Positions 27,635 to 35,240 of a stretch of 64,000 bases of DNA are shown here, in pieces. Below the pieces are notes generated by a model, which worked only from the letters and a program-made list of their open reading frames with translations, was not told the DNA's origin and searched no databases. Position 1 is the stretch's first letter. Every line of letters starts with the position of its first letter. Position numbers and translations under genes: made by a program. The stretch is from a virus. Taxonomy: Duplodnaviria > Caudoviricetes. Location of the stretch: the IMG/VR virus record IMGVR_UViG_3300020365_000001. One strand, 5' to 3'.

Positions 27635-28078
27635 TCAGAGATAGAGATAACCGCCCGACCAATCTGCACGGGCAAAACATTCTTCACGGGATGCAATGTT
27701 CAGAAGATTGAAACGCACAATCTTTGCAGGTGATTTGAATGATGCTGGTTTGTATACTTCACCAGTCTTTTTATCAACAAAAGCATGAACAGAAAGTTGA
27801 TTGCCAGTGTTCATTACAATTTTGTGATACTTTCGCCCACCTTCTTCAATATAAAAATCATAATCACAAATGCCATTCTTCAGTTCTTCAATGGTATCTT
27901 TATGATAACTGCCGATCTCATTACCTTCAGAAATTGCACGCTTGTGATGCTTTATGCAACGCTCAATATAGTTCATTTTGAGTGTTTCGCAGAGCATCAA
28001 AGTGTACTTACGAACATTCAACTGAATTGTGTTCTTTGCATCCTGTTGTGCAACGAAATCGGCGAAGTCAGTTTTCAT
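27635..28078 (-). CDS. Conserved phage hypothetical protein
   Basis: 147 aa; GRKYHKI, SVHAFVDKKTGEVYKPAS, ADWSGGYLY. Confidence 0.85.
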   Translation of the reverse strand: MKTDFADFVAQQDAKNTIQLNVRKYTLMLCETLKMNYIERCIKHHKRAISEGNEIGSYHKDTIEELKNGICDYDFYIEEGGRKYHKIVMNTGNQLSVHAFVDKKTGEVYKPASFKSPAKIVRFNLLNIASREECFARADWSGGYLYL

Positions 28079-28156
28079 TGAAGTTTCTCAACTGTTGATA
28101 CAATACATGAAATAAGTCTCAGTGCACGTTTATTGTGCCACTAAAACTATTGTCAC
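28077..28156 (-). repeat. 80-bp promoter/leader repeat, copy 1
   Basis: 74/80 identical to 28436-28515. Confidence 0.9.
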
Positions 28157-28434
28157 TTCACATACTCTAATTTCTTGGCATTTGTCACGGAGAAGTTATT
28201 ATAGTCGCTCATACTTACTGACACGTTATTAGGAAGAACGCTAAAATCTTCCCGTAGTTGCCAGAAACCGTCACCCTGTACGATAACAGCGAAACCGAAA
28301 CATCCTGCCATTGGCATCATATAAAGACCATGCTTTTCTGCTTCTTTTAGACTACAAAACCCGCGAGCAGTTATTGTCCATGTAATGCCAAATTGATCAC
28401 CACCAAAATAAGCACAAACGAATTCAGTAGGCAT
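28153..28434 (-). CDS. Hypothetical early protein
   Basis: 93 aa, flanked by the 80-bp direct repeats. Confidence 0.7.
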   Translation of the reverse strand: MPTEFVCAYFGGDQFGITWTITARGFCSLKEAEKHGLYMMPMAGCFGFAVIVQGDGFWQLREDFSVLPNNVSVSMSDYNNFSVTNAKKLEYVK

Positions 28435-28435
28435 G

Positions 28436-28515
28436 ATTGAAGTTTCTCAACTGTTGATACAATACATGAAATAAGTTCTAGTGCACGTTTATTGTGACAC
28501 TAGAACTATTGGCAC
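28436..28515 (-). repeat. 80-bp promoter/leader repeat, copy 2
   Basis: Contains gtgaca-N10-tggcac (28494-28515) and TATTGT (28459-28464). Confidence 0.9.
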
Positions 28516-28521
28516 ACGGTG

Positions 28522-28659
28522 TTAGTTTGTGACGTAGATGTTCCTCGCATTGGTATACTTTGCTTCCATCAATTTGATGGCGTGATGAATACTCACAGCG
28601 GTGAAACTTTCTTCGATTCGGTAACCCTCAACGAGAGCACTTACGATGAATTGTCTCAT
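28522..28659 (-). CDS. Hypothetical protein (45 aa)
   Basis: Not in track; MRQFIVSALVEGYRIEESF. Confidence 0.65.
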   Translation of the reverse strand: MRQFIVSALVEGYRIEESFTAVSIHHAIKLMEAKYTNARNIYVTN

Positions 28660-28811
28660 TCTAGATCTCCTGGTAAAAACTCTTGAAATTCGTGAAAATA
28701 GTAGTCTTCAGTGATACCGAACTTTTCGCAAAGAAACTTCACTGAATCATAACTTTCCTGATCCATTTCAACAACGAAATGTTCAGTTTCAACGGTGATT
28801 ACATCATTCAT
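28656..28811 (-). CDS. Hypothetical protein (51 aa)
   Basis: Not in track; MNDVITVE...CEKFGITEDYYFHEF; ATGA overlap. Confidence 0.65.
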   Translation of the reverse strand: MNDVITVETEHFVVEMDQESYDSVKFLCEKFGITEDYYFHEFQEFLPGDLE

Positions 28812-28847
28812 GGTGAAATTTGAGTACAATGACAATATATCAGAGTC

Positions 28848-29471
28848 TTAGATAAATTGTAAGACTCCTGTGACACTTTGCGAAGCGTCTTTCTTACTAA
28901 CTCGTTGTTTTGCTCGTTGATACAATGCTTGATCACTTTCACATCCCCAGTAATGACGACCGAGACGTTTTGCACTCACAGCAGTATCACCATCTCCCAT
29001 GAATATATCAAGCACAGTATCACCAGGGATAGTATATGCGTTGATTAGTAGTTCATCAAGAGATTGACGAGATGTAGATGAATGGACGCAAGTGTAGTGA
29101 TCACTATCATTTTTGTAAGTGAAATCCTTGCCCTTTGAGTAACACCAAGCATGTTGATGTTTGTGTGCAAAGTTCTTCTTACTACGACGACCAGTTCTAC
29201 ACTCAAACACGATCTCATTCTGCTCTGTTAGTTGTTTGTTACGATTCAGAGCATACTTATACACTAAGAACGATTCATTCTTGAGTGTTCCCCACACAAT
29301 CATCATCCCATTGGGTTTCAATACACGCACACATTCTGTGGTCCATTTCATACACCAACTGAGATACTTTTTACCTCCACCAGGTGGAGGTTCAGTGAGG
29401 ACGAGATCAACAGAATTGTCCTTCAATTTACTGAGAAACTGTAAACAATCCTTGTGCTGTAATTTATTCAT
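28848..29471 (-). CDS. Degenerate beta-class N6A/N4C DNA methyltransferase, probably catalytically dead
   Basis: DCLQFL...SVDLVLT-EPPP (for DPPY), RVLKPNG, GDTVLDIFMGDGDT (for DPFxGSGTT), no HPTxKP; only 207 aa. Confidence 0.8.
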   Translation of the reverse strand: MNKLQHKDCLQFLSKLKDNSVDLVLTEPPPGGGKKYLSWCMKWTTECVRVLKPNGMMIVWGTLKNESFLVYKYALNRNKQLTEQNEIVFECRTGRRSKKNFAHKHQHAWCYSKGKDFTYKNDSDHYTCVHSSTSRQSLDELLINAYTIPGDTVLDIFMGDGDTAVSAKRLGRHYWGCESDQALYQRAKQRVSKKDASQSVTGVLQFI

Positions 29472-29998
29472 AAGTTGGCATACAATGACTTCATGAAGGG
29501 AAAGTCTTGGGGGAATCCATCAAGGAAAAATGTACCTGAGTTCACGGTTTTACCACCATGTTGGTTGTACTTCCAGAACCCATTCTCATCTTGTGCTGAC
29601 ACGAACTCATCAACTTCTTGTTTGGTTGATGAATACATCTCAACACGATCAGGATACATTGCCAGGAAGATAATCACATCATAGTCTTGACTAGTGCGAA
29701 TTTGTTGCCAACGAAACTGATCACCACCACCCCACAACATCGATCCTTTGATTTCACATCGACGACCGTTGATGATACGATCGTATTCACTTTGTTTTGG
29801 ACGAGTAACTGCGAACCCAAGATGTTTGCAGTATTCACTAACAAGTTGCTCAAAGAACTTTCCCTTGCGTTTGCTACTCATTTCTTTGTAGACACGAAAG
29901 GGAGAATCAATGTAGAGATCAGCATCACGATCATTCAATGCATCATCGTGAGTCTGATAACTTTCAATGAACTGAGCAGGAATCGTGGTGTCAATCAT
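29468..29998 (-). CDS. Type II restriction endonuclease-like PD-(D/E)xK nuclease, MseI-like (predicted TTAA)
   Basis: KGKFFE...YDRIING...EIKGS intact; SPF, FRWQQIR..QDYD and QHGG match my recollection of R.MseI; ATGA-coupled to the MTase; TTAA not found in the window. Confidence 0.8.
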   Translation of the reverse strand: MIDTTIPAQFIESYQTHDDALNDRDADLYIDSPFRVYKEMSSKRKGKFFEQLVSEYCKHLGFAVTRPKQSEYDRIINGRRCEIKGSMLWGGGDQFRWQQIRTSQDYDVIIFLAMYPDRVEMYSSTKQEVDEFVSAQDENGFWKYNQHGGKTVNSGTFFLDGFPQDFPFMKSLYANL

Positions 29999-30018
29999 GA
30001 TACTTTACTTAGGAATGT

Positions 30019-30351
30019 TCAGGACAGATCGATAACACCTGTTTTTTCGTCATTTCTAAACGGGAAAGCGACCGTGGCACCCTTACCCGTTTCCTTGGAC
30101 GAAAATTCTTGTTTGTGCAGTGGCACCACCACACTATTCCATGCTTTGATGTGAGAATTTTCCAGTTTTTGTTGCATATACGATGCAACACCTTCAATGC
30201 ACATGGCAGAGTTCAGAATTTCATCTGAATCACACTCATCACACAGTTTTTCGTTCAATTCGTGAAGCATTTGCTCAACGATCTTCAGTTGTGTGATGAC
30301 TTCATCCACGTCATTCATCACGGTCCACACCTGTTCGTAATCTAATGACAT
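30019..30351 (-). CDS. Hypothetical protein (110 aa)
   Basis: Start at MSLDYEQVW; helical. Confidence 0.7.
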   Translation of the reverse strand: MSLDYEQVWTVMNDVDEVITQLKIVEQMLHELNEKLCDECDSDEILNSAMCIEGVASYMQQKLENSHIKAWNSVVVPLHKQEFSSKETGKGATVAFPFRNDEKTGVIDLS

Positions 30352-30370
30352 GATAAAGATAAAATAAGAG

Positions 30371-30399
30371 AAAAAAAATGCCACCGGTGTGGTGGCATT
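30371..30399 (-). terminator. Rho-independent terminator
   Basis: Minus strand AUGCCACC-ACACC-GGUGGCAU then a U run. Confidence 0.85.
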
Positions 30400-30420
30400 A
30401 TGAACCTGATCAGAGAGTGA

Positions 30421-30642
30421 TCAGACAGCAACCTGCTGGAGGTTGCCCTCACGGCGGTACTTAGCAATCAGGCGACCAACCGACTCGCCTTTGGCGATGG
30501 TGGTCTCAAGGTCGGAGCGAAGGACGGAAGCATCCTTAGCAACGAAGTCATAAGCGGTGTCCTTAGAGGTGAACTGGACAGACACAGCGTTGTCGGTACC
30601 GAAGTCGATAGCAGCGATTGCGGAAGAACCAGTGATGTTCAT
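30421..30642 (-). CDS. Small KTSC-like protein
   Basis: 73 aa; SSAIAAIDF...VQF...Y...SVGRLI resembles the KTSC pattern. Confidence 0.55.
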   Translation of the reverse strand: MNITGSSAIAAIDFGTDNAVSVQFTSKDTAYDFVAKDASVLRSDLETTIAKGESVGRLIAKYRREGNLQQVAV

Positions 30643-30716
30643 GATGAAAAAGTGAAATGTAAGTTGGAGCAGTGACGATCTTTTGGTGGGGCGGCGTCTC
30701 TCCCCTTGTTGTCCTA

Positions 30717-30774
30717 ATTATAGCGCCTGATCAACCTGGCGCTCTTGGATGGGTGACAGTTCGTCATCTGGCAC
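30717..30774 (-). promoter_or_regulatory. Early promoter
   Basis: gtgaca-N10-tggcac 30753-30774; TATAAT 30717-30722. Confidence 0.75.
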
Positions 30775-30903
30775 ATCCTCGTTGACTCCAATCATGGATT
30801 CGTAGTAGGTGTCATAGTCGATGCCGATGTAGCGGGCGAGTTCTTCGTAGTCATTGTGACAGCGCAGTTCTCGTTGCAGTGCAAGGTAATCGGAGAGATC
30901 CAT
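30718..30903 (-). CDS. Hypothetical protein (61 aa)
   Basis: Start at MDLSDY; DYEELARYIGIDYD. Confidence 0.65.
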   Translation of the reverse strand: MDLSDYLALQRELRCHNDYEELARYIGIDYDTYYESMIGVNEDVPDDELSPIQERQVDQAL

Positions 30904-30925
30904 GGAAGCAATGAGGCAGACAGTA

Positions 30926-30957
30926 ATCTTAGCACGGGTTGAGACATTTCTCAACCC
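30926..30957 (-). promoter_or_regulatory. Sigma70-like promoter overlapped by a perfect palindrome
   Basis: TTGAGA-N17-TAAGAT; GGGTTGAGA-catt-TCTCAACCC at 30936-30957. Confidence 0.55.
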
Positions 30958-30995
30958 TTATTCTGTTTGCCTCATAACACTGAGGCGTATGTTAT

Positions 30996-32099
30996 TTAGA
31001 TAGACTCATCTTCAACAATGTCCACATGTTCATCCAGTTTAGTATACAACTGCATGAATGACAGTTTGGTATCATCATCGAAACGATTCAAGCACATTTC
31101 GATTGCTTTCATCTTGTCACCAAAGATGCTATATGCTCGCACAATATGCACCAGGCGACGAGTTGAAATAATTTCATCGATGCCACCATCATTGAATGTT
31201 TTGCGTACAATGTCTGCCCAATCTACAAGATGCTTGTAGAAGTCAGTATGATCACCAGTAGCAGGAATGTTGAGAGATTCAGCAACATTAGCGAGAATCT
31301 TCTTCTCTACTGCTGGTGTTGGATACTGTTGCTCGAAGGTGATAGGGAATCGCTCAAGAAATGCTTCATTGAGAACATTTGTGCCAATGAATCGTCCATC
31401 ATCAGAACCCTTACCTTTTGTGTTGGCAGTAGCAACAACATTGAAACCAGGTGCTGGTTTGATATGTTCACCGATCTTCTTCAGGAAGACACCATTACCT
31501 TCGAGAATAGATTGCAGGCACAAAATCTTATTTGATGCCAGGTCAATCTCATCTAGCAGCAACAATGCTCCACGTTCCATTGCATCAACAACAGGACCAT
31601 TATGCCAGACAGTCTCACCATTTACCAGGCGGAAACCACCGATAAGATCATCTTCATCCGTCTCAATAGTGATATTCACACGGATACATTCTCTGCCAAG
31701 TTGTGCACATGCTTGCTCAACACCAAATGTTTTACCATTACCAGACATGCCAGTAATAAACACTGGATAGAACTGGTGAGATTGAACAACTTTCTTCAGG
31801 TCAGTAAATCCACCAAAGGTAACAAAAGTATTATCTTTGGTAGGAATCAGCGACTCTTTAGTTTTAGTCTGAACTGGTGTCTCTTTTACATCATACTGAA
31901 CACTACCATCAGGATTAGCGGTAGATGTTAGAGTCCACTGCCCTCGCTTGGTTTTATACTTGTTCAGATACTTGGTGAGTGTCTGATAACCAACGTCATG
32001 AGATTCGCAGTATTGCCTAACAATCGTGGCATCAATAGCATTGCCATAAGTGTCACGCAGTTGCTGAATGTGGTGGTCACCGTTGATAGTCCGTGGCAT
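30996..32099 (-). CDS. cobS: CobS/MoxR-like AAA+ ATPase
   Basis: GMSGNGKT (Walker A), LLLLDEID (Walker B), TDEDDLIGG, NEAFLERF, ISTRRL. Confidence 0.93.
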   Translation of the reverse strand: MPRTINGDHHIQQLRDTYGNAIDATIVRQYCESHDVGYQTLTKYLNKYKTKRGQWTLTSTANPDGSVQYDVKETPVQTKTKESLIPTKDNTFVTFGGFTDLKKVVQSHQFYPVFITGMSGNGKTFGVEQACAQLGRECIRVNITIETDEDDLIGGFRLVNGETVWHNGPVVDAMERGALLLLDEIDLASNKILCLQSILEGNGVFLKKIGEHIKPAPGFNVVATANTKGKGSDDGRFIGTNVLNEAFLERFPITFEQQYPTPAVEKKILANVAESLNIPATGDHTDFYKHLVDWADIVRKTFNDGGIDEIISTRRLVHIVRAYSIFGDKMKAIEMCLNRFDDDTKLSFMQLYTKLDEHVDIVEDESI

Positions 32100-32120
32100 T
32101 GCTTTGTTTGAACTGAAGTT

Positions 32121-32179
32121 AGTATAAGGGATGAATGGGTGGGGTGAGGTGGCGATTGTGCCACCTCTATAAGTGGTCA
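32121..32179 (-). promoter_or_regulatory. Early promoter
   Basis: gtgcca-N10-tggtca 32158-32179; TATACT 32121-32126. Confidence 0.7.
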
Positions 32180-34288
32180 GGCGACCATTTCTACAAACTG
32201 TTTGGTGATATACTTGTTACTTTTCTTGTTTTTGAACATTTTACGAAATGCTTTACTAACATCTTTCTTCTCACTGCTAGTAACATCTAGTGTGTCATCT
32301 TCGCACAAGTTCCTGTTAGGAATACCAAACCACTTGTCGAAACCATTAGATGTGAAAGATACACTGCCATGCTTCTTCAATTCAGAACGCATTTGATCGT
32401 AGTTCTCATAACTATCTGTTGCATACCAACGATAGAAGTTACTCATCTCAGATCCGTGCAAGATTCTGAATGAAACTATGTTGCAGTTGTTGTTATCACG
32501 CTTTATTGCGCGAACGAGCGCGTCGGTAACGGACGGACCCATGCCATCGATATTGAAAGTCTTGCTTTTGTGGCGAATAACAGTATTATGGCGCACGGGA
32601 ATGTGACACTTACGCTCGCGATCATCGTATCCCATACGAATCACATTGTATCCCAATTCATTACCCTCACCATCAGTCAGGTACACAACATTACATTTCT
32701 GAGTCTTAGTCTGCTGTTGGAACTTCTTCACAATTTGATTCATACACACCAGGGACTCATTGATAGGTGTGCCAGACAATTCCATGCCCAAAGGTGACAA
32801 CATGTTCCTCAAAGTATGCACAACCTTCCATACATTCAGCAGTTGATCTTCAAAGTCTTTTGTCTTCATATTGCTGCTGATAAGATTCATCAACCGGAAG
32901 GTATCTTGAATCTTGATGTCATGCAACTTCCATTCTTTTACTGGTTTGCGTGACTCATAATCTTCCTGCATCTTCCATGCTTCATTAGTGAAAGCATAAA
33001 CTTCAAAGGGAATGTTTACCTTACGGCAGAACCACACCAGTTGAAACAGTTGTTTGATAGTAGGCAACATTTCATCTGCCATAGATCCACTCCAGTCAAG
33101 TACAAACAACAGGGAGTGATTCTTACCATCAGTAGTTGTTGCTACTTTACGGAACACATCTTCATTGTATTTGTATGAATGAAGTTTACCAGTGTCAAGT
33201 ACACCAGTGCGAGAGACTGTGGTCCTTGCATATGCATCAGCAGACTTACGCATTTCAAACTCTTTTACCAACAAATTCACATCACGTTGTGCACTTGTCT
33301 TGAATTGTTTGAACTCAGTGCGCTTCTGCTCATTCCACTGTTGGATAACATCCTCGCGATCACTATACTTTTGTCCGAGAACTCTACCAAAATGGTCCTC
33401 TACATGCGCCTTGATCTTATCAACAGGAACGATAACATTCTCAAGCACAACATCAGGCATCGTCACATAAACAGGACGCTTGGCATGTTGATTGCGAAGA
33501 TCTTCTAGGTTCTTATCATATGCTTTCTGGGTTGCAGATTCATCATCATTCTCCTCAACGTTGCCATCATTACATGCTTCAGTATCATCGTCATCATATT
33601 CTTCAGACTCAACATCACTGAAGGCATCACTATCACCAGGTTCCTGCTCATCTTCAGGAGACTGATCCATAGTTGTTTCACCATCACCAGGTGCACTGTT
33701 CTGTGGTGGTTGTGGCATAGGTGTAGATTCTTGCTGCTGTTCCTTACTCAGCAGATAACATGCTAGGGAGAGATCAAGAACTTCTTCAAATGTTTCAGCG
33801 TTGCTGATACTGGTGACCAGTTCATTCTCACGATCATTGAAATCAATGTCATAGAATGTACCGACCTTGAAGTATAGATTCACACGGTCGATGAATGACA
33901 GTTGATTCACATCTTTCTGTGAAATCTCGAAGAAGTCCTTATCATTCAGATAACGGTATCCTTTGAAGAAATCCCTGTTCATGCCAGGATACCGCTTCTT
34001 CATCAACTTCTCGATGCGAGCATCTTCTACCACGTTGACATAATCACCAGGAACTTTCCTGTATTTGTCTTCACGTTTCCAGTCACGCAATTCTGTAAAC
34101 AATGCATGTCCTACCTCATGAGCAACCAGCATGTCATAAACATATGCTGGAACATTGTCCCAAATAGGTAGAGTCAAGACGCGACCATCAATGTCAAAAG
34201 ATGCTGTTGACACCTGGCGGTGTTCTACGATAAGATTCTCAGTTGCCAGGAGTCTGGCAAGCATCCCTTGAATTTCAGTGGTCGCCAT
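32177..34288 (-). CDS. CobT-like protein: HExxH metallopeptidase-like domain, acidic linker and vWA domain
   Basis: HEVGH, NVVEDARIE; MIDAS LDWSGSM, GTP, LTDGE. Confidence 0.88.
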   Translation of the reverse strand: MATTEIQGMLARLLATENLIVEHRQVSTASFDIDGRVLTLPIWDNVPAYVYDMLVAHEVGHALFTELRDWKREDKYRKVPGDYVNVVEDARIEKLMKKRYPGMNRDFFKGYRYLNDKDFFEISQKDVNQLSFIDRVNLYFKVGTFYDIDFNDRENELVTSISNAETFEEVLDLSLACYLLSKEQQQESTPMPQPPQNSAPGDGETTMDQSPEDEQEPGDSDAFSDVESEEYDDDDTEACNDGNVEENDDESATQKAYDKNLEDLRNQHAKRPVYVTMPDVVLENVIVPVDKIKAHVEDHFGRVLGQKYSDREDVIQQWNEQKRTEFKQFKTSAQRDVNLLVKEFEMRKSADAYARTTVSRTGVLDTGKLHSYKYNEDVFRKVATTTDGKNHSLLFVLDWSGSMADEMLPTIKQLFQLVWFCRKVNIPFEVYAFTNEAWKMQEDYESRKPVKEWKLHDIKIQDTFRLMNLISSNMKTKDFEDQLLNVWKVVHTLRNMLSPLGMELSGTPINESLVCMNQIVKKFQQQTKTQKCNVVYLTDGEGNELGYNVIRMGYDDRERKCHIPVRHNTVIRHKSKTFNIDGMGPSVTDALVRAIKRDNNNCNIVSFRILHGSEMSNFYRWYATDSYENYDQMRSELKKHGSVSFTSNGFDKWFGIPNRNLCEDDTLDVTSSEKKDVSKAFRKMFKNKKSNKYITKQFVEMVA

Positions 34289-34309
34289 GTCTGTGTTTCA
34301 ACTGAAGTC

Positions 34310-34367
34310 AGTATAGTCCTCAGGGTGCCGGATGCTCTCCCGGCGATGACGCTTCTGAAACTGGTAC
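34310..34367 (-). promoter_or_regulatory. Early promoter (degenerate palindrome)
   Basis: TATACT 34310-34315; atgacg-N10-tggtac; leader aactgaagt(c/t)agtata shared with the cobS promoter. Confidence 0.6.
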
Positions 34368-34694
34368 ACGCTTGACGATCTGTTTAGAGATGTTGGTGTA
34401 GGGTGCTGGGGTGAGTTCGATTGATCCGGTTCTAATGGATTCTTTAGATTCTTTCTTGAGTGATGCTGCCAGTTTGGAACCATCATGCGGCAATACCTCC
34501 TGATCTACTCTCACACATATATTTACATCTCTCACAGGTGGCACTGTGCCAGTACCTCTACATACACACACTGTCATGCCATATGTTGAGAAGAATGTAA
34601 CAATGCCATAGTGTCCACCAACCTGCACTACATCACCAACACTCCATTCATTTTCTTCATAGATTTCTTTGATAGAGTTCCACTCAGGCATCAA
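34320..34694 (-). CDS. Hypothetical protein
   Basis: 124 aa; ATGA overlap with the upstream gene. Confidence 0.6.
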   Translation of the reverse strand: MMPEWNSIKEIYEENEWSVGDVVQVGGHYGIVTFFSTYGMTVCVCRGTGTVPPVRDVNICVRVDQEVLPHDGSKLAASLKKESKESIRTGSIELTPAPYTNISKQIVKRVPVSEASSPGEHPAP

Positions 34695-35206
34695 TCTCTT
34701 CTCCGTATTTGATCAAGTTTCTGTGCATGAATTTCCTCTGGATAGGAATAGTATTTGAACTCAATCCAATTATCCCATGGATCTTTTATTGTGGTGCGAT
34801 GACACCTAACATTTTGCCCATGTAAATGTGCCTCACTTGGATCTATCTTTTTAGGTACCAAGAAGTTGTACTTACTATCAATTACATTGATCTCAGGATG
34901 ATCCTTGCAATGATTCACAACCTCAAAGTATTCTTTCTTATCCAAGAAGACAGGACCATTATGTCTTGGCAACCTTGAATGTTGCTGAGGTACAGATGTT
35001 TCTCCTTGCAGTACACTTATGTGGTGACCAGCAAATGAAAAGATGAACCCAGGATTGTGTGACCCATCTTCAACATTGATAGCAAATCTTTGACAGAATC
35101 TACAACCAAGCACATCACAATACCATCTGATTCCTTCCTCAATGTCAGGAATAGTGAACGCCATGTGCCATATCGTTTTGGTATGACTGTCAGCGAGGAT
35201 TGTCAT
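34691..35206 (-). CDS. VOC/glyoxalase-superfamily protein
   Basis: WHMAF...WYCDVLGC, FAGHH, PRHNG, DPWDNWIEFK. Confidence 0.85.
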   Translation of the reverse strand: MTILADSHTKTIWHMAFTIPDIEEGIRWYCDVLGCRFCQRFAINVEDGSHNPGFIFSFAGHHISVLQGETSVPQQHSRLPRHNGPVFLDKKEYFEVVNHCKDHPEINVIDSKYNFLVPKKIDPSEAHLHGQNVRCHRTTIKDPWDNWIEFKYYSYPEEIHAQKLDQIRRRD

Positions 35207-35240
35207 CGACTAACTACATCTGTCACTAATTTATTATATC

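Noticed and set aside
25698-28515. Spaced repeats as a CRISPR array
   Set aside because: Spacers are whole genes of unequal length, the repeats contain promoter and RBS elements, and no cas genes are present.
28848-29998. Ordinary functional type II restriction-modification system
   Set aside because: The methylase lacks its catalytic and target-recognition motifs.
30996-32099. Cobalamin biosynthesis role for cobS
   Set aside because: No cobN or other cob genes here; the name reflects AAA+ family similarity only.
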